DNA of 64,000 nt from Elusimicrobiota bacterium (GTDB lineage Bacteria > Elusimicrobiota > Elusimicrobia > UBA1565). Both the position numbers and the translations under genes were made by a program. Shown piece by piece: positions 1 through 8,813 of this stretch. The notes beneath the pieces are model-generated. The model searched no databases. It had not been told where the DNA came from and was given only the letters and a program-made list of their open reading frames with translations. The stretch's first letter is position 1. Every line of letters starts with the position of its first letter. The stretch covers positions 1,559 to 65,558 of the forward strand of contig JBAZKS010000026.1 in assembly GCA_041650695.1 (NCBI GenBank), read 5' to 3'.

Positions 1-1
1 G

Positions 2-1750
2 TGGCTCGGCCGTCTCGGGTTCGGCGGGCGCGCCCGCCTGGCCGGCGCCGCAGTCTACGCGCTCGGCGGATACATGGTGGGCTACCTGCAGTTCCCGAAC
101 CTGCAGGGCGCCGTCGCGCACATGCCGGCCCTGATGCTTTTCCGCGGGAACATCCGGATGACCGCGCTGGCATCCTGCATGGCTTTCCTGACCGGATACC
201 CGCCCGCGTGGATACTGGAGGCCGCGTGCGTGCTCGCCATGGGCTGGCTCTGGCCCGGCCTGGGGACGTTCCGGACGAGGGAGCTCGCCTGCCGCCGTAC
301 CCTGGCCGGGCTTGCGCTCGGGCTGGCTCTCGCCGCGGTCGTGGCCCTCCCAGGGGCGGAGCTCTTCTCCCGCTCGGGACGGGCAGGGGGGCTGGGAGCG
401 TCGGAGCGGATGCACAACGCGTTCTCCCCCATGGGGCTTTCGGCGTTCATCTCCCCGGAGCTGGCCCGCGGATTGGACTACCGCGCTCAGCGGGTGAGGG
501 GGGAGACCCCGGTCCGGGAGAGCATCGAGTGGGACACGGGGACCGAGCGCAAGCGCTTCACGTTCATCTCGCGGTACCAAGACCATCTCAGGGACGCGAG
601 CGGAGCGAAGTACACGGCCTGGGCCAGCTGCTATATCGGGTTCCTGGCTGCGGCAGCCGCGGCGCTGGGCCTGGGGATAGCCTTCCGGCTGGACCCTGTC
701 CGGACCTCCTGCTCAGTCGCCTGTCTGGGGGCCCTGCTCATCCTGCTGTTGGGCGCCTACACCGCCCCGTCGGCCTGGCTCTGGAGCCATGTCCCCGGGC
801 TCGGGTTCCTGAGGGGGCCCTCGCGCATGAGCTTCATGGCGCTGGCCTGGCTCGTGCCGCTCGTCGCGCTGGGCGTGGACGCCCTGTCTAGGCGGCGGCG
901 GGCCGCCTCTCTCGCGGCATGGGGCATCGTCGCGGAGCTGCTGGTCTTGGGCTCGGGATACTATCCGACGATGCCGGCGGGCTACTACGGCGAACGGGGG
1001 GCGCTAGTCGGATTCCTTCGGGAGAACCTGGGGGGCGCGCGCTACTTCCAGAGCACCTCTTCCGAGGTGGCCGCCTACGTGGACAAAGACGACGCCTCCG
1101 CGGACTATCGGCGGTTCAAGGAAGAGGTGTTCCGCACCTTCAAACAGAAGCTCTTCGGAGTGAGCAACTCGGTGTTCCATTTCGCCGCAGTCTCCGGGGA
1201 TTTCGAGCCGCTTATCCCGCGAGGTTCGTCTGCGGTCATCGAGACCATGAGAGGAGCCGATGCCCAGACGCTGCCGAGGCTCATGAAATGGGCTGGAGCG
1301 CGTTTCTGGCTCGGTAGGACGAAAAGCAAGGGGCCTCCGCTCGGATATAAGGGACGCCACCTTTGGCACGCGTACGAAGGGCCTGAGACCGCGTCCTGCG
1401 CCTATTGGGCGCCTTCTGAAGCGGCGGATTCCTTGGTGAAGCCGTTCTCGGCAGCGCCGGAAGCGAAGGTCGGGATCCCCTTGGCGTGCGAGTGGACCAG
1501 GGAAGACCGTCTCAGGATATGGGGCGATGCCCCGGCTCCGGGCCTCATTTTTGTGTCTATTCCGCGCTATCCGGGCTGGAAAACGGTTCTGAACGGGAAA
1601 AAGGTGTCGCCGCGCGCGGCGTTGGACGCGTTCCAATACGTCGAGGTCCCGGCTGGCCCCCTGGATATGCGATTCGACTATAAACCGTGGTCGTTCCTGG
1701 CCGGCGTCCTGCTCAGCCTCAGCGTCCTTATCGCGCTGATTAAGCTATAA
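2..1750 (+). CDS. Multi-pass membrane protein, YfhO-like (5' end truncated by window)
   Basis: Frame-2 ORF stays open back to position 2 with no in-frame stop, so the real gene starts upstream of the window. It has several hydrophobic helices, then a soluble domain, then a C-terminal TM. The overlapping 1..891 ORF is Arg-rich alternate-frame noise. Confidence 0.45.
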   Translation, partial: WLGRLGFGGRARLAGAAVYALGGYMVGYLQFPNLQGAVAHMPALMLFRGNIRMTALASCMAFLTGYPPAWILEAACVLAMGWLWPGLGTFRTRELACRRTLAGLALGLALAAVVALPGAELFSRSGRAGGLGASERMHNAFSPMGLSAFISPELARGLDYRAQRVRGETPVRESIEWDTGTERKRFTFISRYQDHLRDASGAKYTAWASCYIGFLAAAAAALGLGIAFRLDPVRTSCSVACLGALLILLLGAYTAPSAWLWSHVPGLGFLRGPSRMSFMALAWLVPLVALGVDALSRRRRAASLAAWGIVAELLVLGSGYYPTMPAGYYGERGALVGFLRENLGGARYFQSTSSEVAAYVDKDDASADYRRFKEEVFRTFKQKLFGVSNSVFHFAAVSGDFEPLIPRGSSAVIETMRGADAQTLPRLMKWAGARFWLGRTKSKGPPLGYKGRHLWHAYEGPETASCAYWAPSEAADSLVKPFSAAPEAKVGIPLACEWTREDRLRIWGDAPAPGLIFVSIPRYPGWKTVLNGKKVSPRAALDAFQYVEVPAGPLDMRFDYKPWSFLAGVLLSLSVLIALIKL

Positions 1751-1759
1751 TCTGGCCGG

Positions 1760-2074
1760 ATGAGCAAGAAGCACAAAAAGAAGATGCCGGAGGGCGTTAT
1801 CGCCCTTTCCTCCCCGAGCACAGAGGGGGGGGAGACCGGCCTTGACGAGACATTCTCCTCCCGGGGCAAAAAAACCATAGGGGTTGGGATCGGCCTCCTG
1901 GTCCTGGGCTTCATCGTCTTGAAATTCACGGATCCTGCGGGCGGCAACTGGGCATCCACCCTTTCTCCCTTCCTTATCCTGGGTGCGTACGGGGTGATCG
2001 CTTTAGGCATCTTCCTGCCTGATCCAGACCCCCCTCAGTCCCCTCCCCCCGTCTCCCCTGAAAAAACCGTCTGA
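1760..2074 (+). CDS. Small two-TM membrane protein, hypothetical
   Basis: 104-aa ORF starting 10 nt after the upstream gene. Two hydrophobic helices and a Lys-rich N-terminus. Followed directly by a terminator hairpin. Confidence 0.4.
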   Translation: MSKKHKKKMPEGVIALSSPSTEGGETGLDETFSSRGKKTIGVGIGLLVLGFIVLKFTDPAGGNWASTLSPFLILGAYGVIALGIFLPDPDPPQSPPPVSPEKTV

Positions 2075-2092
2075 GGTCTGACGGTCTTTTCT
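2061..2092. terminator. Rho-independent terminator (A-tract / hairpin / T-tract)
   Basis: Sequence aaaaaaCCGTCtgaggtctGACGGtctttt lies just after the small ORF stop. Confidence 0.5.
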
Positions 2093-2107
2093 CAGCAGCT
2101 CTTCCAG

Positions 2108-2352
2108 GCCGCCTTCATGGTCTATTTCGGAGGGCATCCTGTCCCAGGTCTTTCATGGTCTTTTTCCCAGGCGCCCGGATCCCACATCATCCGGCTTACT
2201 TGGTCTGTCCCGGGGGATCTCGGAATCCGGGGTGTTTTTTGGTCCATGAGCCATTCACAGGGGGTCCCAGGCCTTTCATGGTCCGTATTCCAAGGTATCC
2301 GGATACCCTGAAATCCGCCTTACGAGATGGTCTCCTTTCATGGTCTTTTTGA
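2108..2352. repeat. Iteron-like direct repeats (YYTTCATGGTCT, at least 4 copies) in non-coding DNA
   Basis: Copies of ttcatggtc at about 2115, 2152, 2274 and 2337, plus degenerate variants (ttggtctgtcc, ttggtccatgag). No plausible ORF covers them. Confidence 0.5.
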
Positions 2353-2588
2353 GAGCTGTCTTCCAGCCGCGGATCCTCGCGAAGTCGCCAAGTTTTTGAC
2401 ATCTATGGATCCCTGATCCTTGGCGTCTCCGGGATATTCCGGAGGCTGGCGATTCCAGAGGGACTGCTAGTTTTGAAATCCTGACACTTCTTCTTAGATG
2501 TATATAATAAATGCTGAATTCTAAAGGATAAATAGAAAATTATTGAGAATCTTTCTAGGAATACCGGAGAGGGCGTCCCTACCCTTTA

Positions 2589-2616
2589 ATGCAACATAAT
2601 ATACATTATCGTTAGT
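2589..2616 (-). promoter_or_regulatory. dif: Candidate dif site (XerC/XerD chromosome dimer resolution site)
   Basis: The minus-strand reading is ACTAACGATAA-TGTATA-TTATGTTGCAT. The core ATAATGTATATTATGTT matches the E. coli dif core exactly (XerD arm TTATGTT plus central TGTATA). The site sits in a roughly 160-bp AT-rich island at a strand switch. Confidence 0.55.
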
Positions 2617-2726
2617 AATGGCAAGGGGAGGAGGGGACCCCCCCGTCGGGGCGTCTGTTCGGCTTTTCGCGCGGGGTCAGGCGGCTTTCGTTTCTTCCGC
2701 CTGCGGGTGAATGGTTAACGTTATAC

Positions 2727-3395
2727 TTATTGCGCGGGCTGCGATGAGGGGCGCAGCATGGCTGCCAACTGCAGACCCAGGCTGAAAGCCCTTGCCAGGC
2801 CGGGTCCGCTGAGCTCATAGCGCCTGCCGCGGCGGCTCCCGGAGGCCAGAATCTCGCCGGTTTGGAGGGCGTCGCGTATGGCCCTATCCACCCTGCGGAC
2901 AGGGTAGCCGGAGGCTCTCAGCCAGCGCGCCAGCTGGGCTGCGGTGGGCTTGGCGTTGCGCAGGAATCGCTGCGAAGCCGCGATCAGGACCAGGCAGGCG
3001 TCCCGCGGCGAGCTGTCCCCCTTCAGTTTGGCTCTGAGCTGGATGCCGTTGCCTTTGGACTCGATGAGCTCTTCCCAGGCGGGCTCCAGGGGGTTTTGCA
3101 TAGGCGTCCCGCGGCGATGCTCGGCCGCGGCGCTGCTGGGCGTCTGCATCGTGCTGCAGGCCAGGAACTCGCGCCGCTCCTGGGTTATGAACTCCGGCGA
3201 TCCCTCGGCCTCCAATTCCGCTCCCGTCGGGAGTTTGAGCCTGAGTCGGTGGTTTGGCGGCTGCGGCATCATGGGCTTTATTCTGGCATAAGTATTATTT
3301 AATGTCAATGCTCGTGTGGATAAGGTGTGGATAGCCGACCGCCCGAGTGCGCCATGGAAAGCATCTCGGCATATACGTGCCATTAATATCGGCAT
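2727..3395 (-). CDS. Hypothetical protein with a C-terminal winged-helix-like DNA-binding region
   Basis: 222-aa ORF; the true start may be an internal Met. The C-terminus (AAQLARWLRASGYPVRRVDRAIRDALQTGEIL...RRGRRYELSG) looks like a wHTH. It is flanked by repeats and an AT-rich island, and I recognise no family. Confidence 0.35.
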   Translation of the reverse strand: MPILMARICRDAFHGALGRSAIHTLSTRALTLNNTYARIKPMMPQPPNHRLRLKLPTGAELEAEGSPEFITQERREFLACSTMQTPSSAAAEHRRGTPMQNPLEPAWEELIESKGNGIQLRAKLKGDSSPRDACLVLIAASQRFLRNAKPTAAQLARWLRASGYPVRRVDRAIRDALQTGEILASGSRRGRRYELSGPGLARAFSLGLQLAAMLRPSSQPAQ

Positions 3396-3462
3396 GAATG
3401 CAATGTTTAAGATTCCAATGTCGCGTTAAAGACACCCGCATGTGGATATCGTTGGGGATAAG
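3318..3462. promoter_or_regulatory. Cluster of DnaA-box-like 9-mers in an AT-rich region
   Basis: TGTGGATAA is a perfect reverse complement of the DnaA box TTATCCACA. TGTGGATAG, TGTGGATAT and TGGGGATAA each have one mismatch. All four fall within about 145 bp, directly upstream of the 2727..3395 ORF. Confidence 0.45.
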
Positions 3463-3470
3463 CTTTGCAA

Positions 3471-3518
3471 GGGGGAGGGGGGAAGGGGGTGTTTTCGAGG
3501 GTATTCCCCCCCTCCCCC
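3471..3518. repeat. GC-homopolymer inverted repeat (stem-loop)
   Basis: GGGGGAGGGGGG ... CCCCCCCTCCCCC gives perfect 12-13 bp arms around a 23-nt loop. Confidence 0.5.
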
Positions 3519-3586
3519 TTGGTTTTTCAGCCCTGTTTTGACCAGTCCCCCCCACACAAGCCCCCCCCACCTGGTGGTGGGCGGAT

Positions 3587-3720
3587 TGTGGGCGACCACA
3601 GAGCTGTCCGGTAAAGCCCCAGAACGGCATCTCCCGGCTCTTAGGATGCTCTCGCGCGAGCCGTTCCCCGAGGATCTCCCCAGCGACTTTCCCCGGACAG
3701 ATATGTGTGGGCGACCACAG
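3587..3720. repeat. Two copies of TGTGGGCGACCACAG spaced 119 bp apart
   Basis: Exact 15-mer at 3587..3601 and at 3706..3720. Each is a partial palindrome (GTGG...CCAC). The interval between them is non-coding. Confidence 0.5.
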
Positions 3721-3851
3721 TCGGGGAGACTCCTTTTATCCGCAAAAACAAAACTGCTGGCCCCCCCCGCTGGAAACGCTGGGGATGATATGCGCGGGGT
3801 GTTGGGTTTTGCGGTGCCTCTGCGAAGTCCTGGAAGGGGCCTGGGACGGGC

Positions 3852-5285
3852 CTAGAACCGGCCCGAAGCCTCGAACATGTACCTTCTAGCCTTGCCCTTG
3901 TTCGGGTTCAGGGCCGGGCCAGCGGAGAAGAAGGCTGCGGATGCCCGAAGCTGGAGGAGCTGCGCCACATCGTAGCGCAGGCGGAAATCCCACTCCGTGC
4001 CCAGCGTCCTGGCGCTTCCCACGTTGCGGTCGGCCTGGAAGAGGTAATAGTCGATGTCCAGGGCGATCCCTCTGACAGCCGGTGGCGTCACCCCCATGCT
4101 CACCGCCACGATGCCGCTGGCGCCGTTGGGCAGCCCGTTCACCGTAGACGTGGACTGGCCGCCGAACGCGTCGTAAGGGGTGGCGCCGAAGAACTCGCCG
4201 AAACCGGCGCGTTCCAGGCCGTCGAACCGATGCCCCATGGAAGGGAAGAAGGCTTCATCCGTCGTCTGGGTGTCGTGCTTGTCCCCGGATCCGCGAGCCA
4301 GGGAGACGCGGGCGAGGCCTCGGATCAGGCGGCCGGATTCCTTGCTGGAGTAGAACGTCTGCTTCCATTTCGCCTTCAGGATCTGGGCGTTGCCGTTGAA
4401 CGTCACGTGGTTGCCGCTCGGATTGAGGCCGGTGGGCGTGGCGGCGCCCTTCTGCAGCGCGGCTTCCCCCTCGAACACGATGGGGCCGGAGGCGATCTTG
4501 TAGTGCAGGCTGCTGAACCAGCGGGTCGCCCGGCTCACGACGCAGGGGCCGGCTGCCGGAGCGATCCCTATGAGGTCGTCGCAGTCCGTGCTGTTGGCTG
4601 CCACGAGCTGGGTGGCGCGGTCCCTCTCCACGAGCTGGTTGAGCTGCCAGACGCCCTCGGTGGGCAGTTCCATGCTGAGCCCATAAAGGGTCAGGTCGCT
4701 GGCTTCGAGCAGGCCGGGGCTCAGCCCCATGGGGCGCTTCTGGGCCTGGAACACGAAGGCCGAAGTCCTCACCCCCCCCCAGGGGAGCTCCGCCCGCATG
4801 GAGACGCCGTTCAATCCGACGCCGTCGTCGTCCAGGAGCAGGCCGCTGCCCAGGCTGTAGTTCTGTCTTCCGAAAGCGAACGTCCACGGCCAGCCGGCCA
4901 GGTTATGGGCCCTGAGATACGCGTTCTCCATGAACGGGGTCATCCCCGTGTCCGGATAATGCGCGGCGATCCTGTCGAACGGGGCGGGGACCGTGGAGCC
5001 CGCGATGAACGAGGAGGAGCCCAGGGCCCGCAGGCCGAGCACGATGTCCAGGGTCTGCGTCTCCCCCCCGTACTCTCCGAGAGGGATGTCCTTGAACGTG
5101 AAGCCCACGCGCGCGTTCTGGGAGACGAAGCCCTGGTCGTTGCGCGAGTCCTGGTCCGAGGACTGCGTCAGGTTCCTGTAATTTACGACTCGCATCCGGT
5201 ACTCGGTCGCGATGTCCAGGTTCGTGGCCAGGGCAGGGGCGCAGAGGGCCGAAAGGAGGACGGCGGGCGCGAGCGCGCGTCTCAT
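3852..5285 (-). CDS. Outer-membrane beta-barrel porin-like protein
   Basis: Signal peptide (MRRALAPAVLLSALCAPALA). Alternating amphipathic beta-strand pattern, rich in Gly, Ser and aromatics. C-terminal Phe, the usual OMP signature. Confidence 0.55.
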   Translation of the reverse strand: MRRALAPAVLLSALCAPALATNLDIATEYRMRVVNYRNLTQSSDQDSRNDQGFVSQNARVGFTFKDIPLGEYGGETQTLDIVLGLRALGSSSFIAGSTVPAPFDRIAAHYPDTGMTPFMENAYLRAHNLAGWPWTFAFGRQNYSLGSGLLLDDDGVGLNGVSMRAELPWGGVRTSAFVFQAQKRPMGLSPGLLEASDLTLYGLSMELPTEGVWQLNQLVERDRATQLVAANSTDCDDLIGIAPAAGPCVVSRATRWFSSLHYKIASGPIVFEGEAALQKGAATPTGLNPSGNHVTFNGNAQILKAKWKQTFYSSKESGRLIRGLARVSLARGSGDKHDTQTTDEAFFPSMGHRFDGLERAGFGEFFGATPYDAFGGQSTSTVNGLPNGASGIVAVSMGVTPPAVRGIALDIDYYLFQADRNVGSARTLGTEWDFRLRYDVAQLLQLRASAAFFSAGPALNPNKGKARRYMFEASGRF

Positions 5286-5313
5286 ACGCAGGAAATCCTA
5301 GCAAATAAGCAAA

Positions 5314-5370
5314 TTAAAGGTTATACGTTTCTATTGAAAATCAGAGAGTTAAGGGTTAGGTGTTTCTATA
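5314..5370. promoter_or_regulatory. Two copies of the recurring AT-rich motif, upstream of porin 3852..5285
   Basis: ttaaaggttatacgtttctat at 5314..5334 and ttaagggttaggtgtttctata at 5349..5370. The same motif recurs at 6907, 9817, 9853 and, in 5 tandem copies, at 13074..13213. Confidence 0.5.
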
Positions 5371-5373
5371 AAG

Positions 5374-5403
5374 AAAAACCCCGGTGCATGCACCGGGGTT
5401 TTT
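5374..5403 (-). terminator. Rho-independent terminator downstream of porin gene 5423..6844
   Basis: Perfect palindrome aaaaaCCCCGGTGCATGCACCGGGGttttt, bidirectional. Confidence 0.65.
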
Positions 5404-5422
5404 CTTGAGGCTTTGGATCAGA

Positions 5423-6844
5423 TCAGAACTTGATCCCCATGTCGCCGAACACCATCGAGATCGGCTTGATGCCGTTCGTGGCGTCCCGCATTCCGGTCGC
5501 GCCGTTCCAGTTCTGCTGGTTCTCGATGAACCCGCCGGGCGTGAAGTGCGCCCAGCCGGTGGAGAACTTCACGTTCTCGGAGTGCTTCCAGCTGGCGATG
5601 AAGCCGAACTCCGAACCGATGTGCCGGTTGCCGCCGGCCCTGGTCCACACGCCGTTGGTGGCTTGGGCCAGGGTGCCGTTGAGCGACTCGTCGATCCGCT
5701 GGGCTCTGTAGTCCCAGAACTGACCGCCGATCGTGAACTTCCCGTCCGCCACCGCGGTGGGGGTGAAGTTGATCCCCAATCCCCAGATCACGCGGTTGCT
5801 CAGGCCGCAGCTGCCCGAGTTGGTCATCGAGTCGTACAGACCGACGGTGCTCTGCGTCCCGTCGAAGCGCCGGTTGATGATGCCCGGGCGGTAGTCGCAC
5901 GAGATGCTCTGGAACGCGTCGTTCTTCGCCGCGTCGTCCGTCTGGACGGCGCCGGAAGCGGAGCGTCCCGATCCCCAGCCGAAGTTGGCCCAGGGGCTGA
6001 TGCCGCCCAGGTTGGGCACATCCGCGTTGACCCCTGCCTTGAGCAGGTAGGCCTGGCCGTTGTAGACGTACTGGCCCACGGAGGTCCGGTTCTCACCCGC
6101 GTTGAACGCCGCGTCCGCGTGGAACCACGCGCCCGAGGCTTCTCCGCGCAGCTTGAGTCCGTAGACCCACAGGTAGTCGTTCGGAGCCAGGTCCTGATGG
6201 GTTTCCTGCCGGTAGCCGTAGAACCCCACCTTCATCGGAGCCTGCTTGACCCACAACTCCGAACCCAGGATGTTGTAGGCGCTGGCGCCCACGAGGTTGC
6301 CCGCCACCGTCCGCGCCGCCGCGTTCGTGTTGGCGGCCTCCACATAGCCGGCCATGGCGGTGAACTCCGCCGTGTCGTTGCCGGCATTGGCCACGAAGGC
6401 GTCGATGAACGAGGTCGGCAGCCCGAAGGCGTCGGAGGGCCCGAAGCGGATGACCAGGTCTCCGGGTTCTCCGTAATAGCTCCGGCCGGCCGTCATGTCG
6501 ACATGGCCGAACACCTTGTCCACCTTCACCTTGGCCTGCTTGATCTCTTCGCGATACGGCTGGGTGCCGTTGTTGAGGCCGCGCCCGGCGGTGGCGACCT
6601 TGCCGACCGTCACCGTCGCGTGCGCGTCGTCGAGCAGGTCCCAGTCCGCATTGAGGAGGACGCGGCCGGCAGCGGGGCCGATCTTGTCCAGGTCTTCGGA
6701 GCGGAAGTCACGGACGTTCCGGGTCCCGACCGACGTCACGTCGATGTTCCCTGACAGGGCGAGGTTCTTCAGGACCTCGGCGTTACCGAGCCCGGGAGGC
6801 AACAACAGGGCCGCGGCAAGCACCGTACCTAGCAGTTTCTTCAT
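5423..6844 (-). CDS. Outer-membrane beta-barrel porin-like protein (second)
   Basis: Signal peptide (MKKLLGTVLAAALLLPPGLGNA). Beta-strand-rich composition ending in a C-terminal Phe. Confidence 0.55.
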   Translation of the reverse strand: MKKLLGTVLAAALLLPPGLGNAEVLKNLALSGNIDVTSVGTRNVRDFRSEDLDKIGPAAGRVLLNADWDLLDDAHATVTVGKVATAGRGLNNGTQPYREEIKQAKVKVDKVFGHVDMTAGRSYYGEPGDLVIRFGPSDAFGLPTSFIDAFVANAGNDTAEFTAMAGYVEAANTNAAARTVAGNLVGASAYNILGSELWVKQAPMKVGFYGYRQETHQDLAPNDYLWVYGLKLRGEASGAWFHADAAFNAGENRTSVGQYVYNGQAYLLKAGVNADVPNLGGISPWANFGWGSGRSASGAVQTDDAAKNDAFQSISCDYRPGIINRRFDGTQSTVGLYDSMTNSGSCGLSNRVIWGLGINFTPTAVADGKFTIGGQFWDYRAQRIDESLNGTLAQATNGVWTRAGGNRHIGSEFGFIASWKHSENVKFSTGWAHFTPGGFIENQQNWNGATGMRDATNGIKPISMVFGDMGIKF

Positions 6845-6900
6845 ACAGTGTTTGTCTCCTTAGTCTTTCGTAAGCATCCTCGCGGGACGCTTTCCATTTC

Positions 6901-6931
6901 GCATCCTTTTAAGGATGCCTACGTTTTCGTT
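6901..6931. promoter_or_regulatory. Palindrome GCATCCTT-tt-AAGGATGC plus motif-like element upstream of porin 5423..6844
   Basis: 8-bp inverted repeat at 6901..6918, overlapping ttaaggatgcctacgttttcgtt, which resembles the recurring AT motif. Confidence 0.4.
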
Positions 6932-7117
6932 AAGGAAGGCCCCCCGGTGTGCGGCGATTCCGAGAGCCTCCTCAGCAACCGATGGGATTCTAGCACAATA
7001 ACCTACAGAAATGTCAATAGTATCTGGGTCGGAGGCGGCTATCCAGTGCTATCCTTTCACATCCCGGGATTTCTGGCGCTGCCGCTTCGTCGGAGAAGGA
7101 CGGGAACCGTTTTAAAG

Positions 7118-7771
7118 TCAGCTCTTAAGCCTGGCTCTTGCCCACTCGGCCCAATAGGTCTGCGGATAGAGCGAGGCCATGCGTTCGTAAGTGGCCTTCG
7201 CCTTTTCCATTTCTCCTGCCGCGGACAGGCACCGGGCCAGGGAGGCGTGGACCGTGGGGGCGAGGAAATGGTCTTGAAAGGTGTCCAAGAAGCGCTGGTC
7301 GGTCTCGGCCGCGGACTTATAATCGCCAGAAGCCTCGCGGCTCAAGCCGAGGCCGGCCATGGCCAGAGGGATCGTGGTTTCGAGCCCGGGGGCATTGATG
7401 ACCTTCTGATAACCCTCCGCAGCCTCTTTGTGCTTGCCCTGCTCATACAGCACATCCGCGGCCAGAAGCAGGCTGAAGGCGGCGGATGGGGTGGCGGGAT
7501 ACTCGTCCGCCAGCTGTTTGACCTGGTCCAGCGCGGCGGAGGCCTGGCCCGAGTACGCGTAGCTCTGGGCTATGGCCAGCTTGGTCCAGGACTCCTCGGC
7601 GCGGTTGAGCTGCCGGTTGTAGAACCCGGCCCCCAACAGCGCCGTCGCTACGAGCGCCGCGACCGCCCATAGGACCGGCTGCGGATTCGACTGCACCCAG
7701 AGGGTGAGCTGGTCCACGTACTGAGCCAGTTCGTTCCGGTTGGCTTCCTGCTTAGCCCATTGCTTTCCCAT
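7118..7771 (-). CDS. YfgM-like membrane-anchored TPR protein
   Basis: One N-terminal TM followed by TPR-like helical repeats. The architecture matches the YfgM/UPF0070 family. Confidence 0.45.
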   Translation of the reverse strand: MGKQWAKQEANRNELAQYVDQLTLWVQSNPQPVLWAVAALVATALLGAGFYNRQLNRAEESWTKLAIAQSYAYSGQASAALDQVKQLADEYPATPSAAFSLLLAADVLYEQGKHKEAAEGYQKVINAPGLETTIPLAMAGLGLSREASGDYKSAAETDQRFLDTFQDHFLAPTVHASLARCLSAAGEMEKAKATYERMASLYPQTYWAEWARARLKS

Positions 7772-7796
7772 GAGTTCCCTGTCGCTTCGAAGGATA

Positions 7797-7868
7797 TGCC
7801 CTCGGGAGGAATCGAACCCCCATCTTGGGCTTAGGACGCCCCAGCTCTATCCATTGAGCTACGAGGGC
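7797..7868 (-). tRNA. tRNA-Arg (anticodon CCT)
   Basis: Hand-folded cloverleaf: acceptor GCCCTCG/CGAGGGC, D-arm GCTC..GAGC, anticodon loop GTCCTAA, T-arm GGGGG-TTCGATT-CCTCC, discriminator A. Confidence 0.8.
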
Positions 7869-7898
7869 AGAGAACGGGATAAAGTCTACCAAATTCCT

Positions 7899-8288
7899 CT
7901 AGCTCTCGGGGATGGGGGACCTGGAGGAGCAGTTTTCCGACGCCGCGTGCCGGTGCCGGATCTCCTTGTCCCCCATCTTCCAGCAGAGGTAGACCTCCTT
8001 GTTGTCCATGAGGTACGGGAAGTCCACCATGACCGGGTCCAGGCCCTTGGGCAGTCCGCCGAGGTCCACGACCTTCTTGAGCCAGCCGTTCATGCTGTTG
8101 GAAAGGAACTGCAGCTGAGCCCGCTCGATGGCCATCTGCGGGACGTTCTCCGGCGAGTCCTCTGCGTCGAGCTTGCGGATGATCCGCGCCTTGGCCGCGG
8201 CCTGCTCGCGGATGCGAAGGACGTTGGAGAATATCTCCTCCAGGTCCGGGATGAGGGCCTGAGCTTCCTTGATGCTGAAATGTCTCAT
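7899..8288 (-). CDS. Hypothetical protein (DUF2203-like)
   Basis: 129-aa ORF lying between the tRNA and apt with 1-2 nt spacing. Confidence 0.35.
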   Translation of the reverse strand: MRHFSIKEAQALIPDLEEIFSNVLRIREQAAAKARIIRKLDAEDSPENVPQMAIERAQLQFLSNSMNGWLKKVVDLGGLPKGLDPVMVDFPYLMDNKEVYLCWKMGDKEIRHRHAASENCSSRSPIPES

Positions 8289-8289
8289 C

Positions 8290-8805
8290 TTAGTAGCTCA
8301 TCAGCGCGAACACGTCGCGCCCGGGCAGCTTCTCCCGGCCTTTGAGGAACGAGAGCTCGATGAGGAAGCTCACCCCGTCCACCTTCGCGCCCAGCTTCTC
8401 CAGGAGTTCGCAGGAGGCCTTGGCCGTGCCCCCGGTGGCCAGGACGTCGTCGACCAGGAGCACCTTGGAGCCCTTCGGGGCCGCGTCTTCGTGGACCTCC
8501 ACGCAATCCTCGCCGTACTCCAGGTCGTAGGAGACCGATATCTTCTTGAACGGGAGCTTCCCTTTCTTCCGGATGGGGATGACTCCGGCCCCGAGCTTGT
8601 TGGCCACGATGGAAGCCAGCAGGAAGCCCCGGGACTCGATGCCCGCCACGCGCCGGATGCCTCGTCCCTTGAACGGTTCGGCCATGGCGGAGACGGCGGC
8701 GTCGAACGCCTTGGCGTCGGCCAGCAGCGGGGTGATATCCTTGAACAAGATCCCTTTCTTGGGGAAATCCTGGACGTCCCGGATGAGAGACTTGAAGTCG
8801 GGCAT
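8290..8805 (-). CDS. apt: Adenine phosphoribosyltransferase
   Basis: Full-length match to the Apt pattern, including the PRPP-binding motif VLLVDDVLATGGTA. Confidence 0.85.
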   Translation of the reverse strand: MPDFKSLIRDVQDFPKKGILFKDITPLLADAKAFDAAVSAMAEPFKGRGIRRVAGIESRGFLLASIVANKLGAGVIPIRKKGKLPFKKISVSYDLEYGEDCVEVHEDAAPKGSKVLLVDDVLATGGTAKASCELLEKLGAKVDGVSFLIELSFLKGREKLPGRDVFALMSY

Positions 8806-8813
8806 GAGGTCTC

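Noticed and set aside
1-891. 296-aa frame-1 ORF at the window start
   Set aside because: It overlaps the better-supported frame-2 membrane protein gene and is Arg/Gly/Pro-rich noise.
3318-3462. DnaA-box cluster as chromosomal oriC
   Set aside because: No dnaA, dnaN, gidA or parAB are nearby. The local strand bias is convergent rather than divergent, and a dif-like site lies 700 bp away. A terminus-region or integrated-replicon explanation fits better. The oriC reading is not fully excluded without GC-skew data.
3442-3855. 137-aa ORF inside the repeat island
   Set aside because: The translation is Pro/Gly-rich low complexity and coincides with the G/C inverted repeat and the direct repeats. 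It is more likely non-coding.
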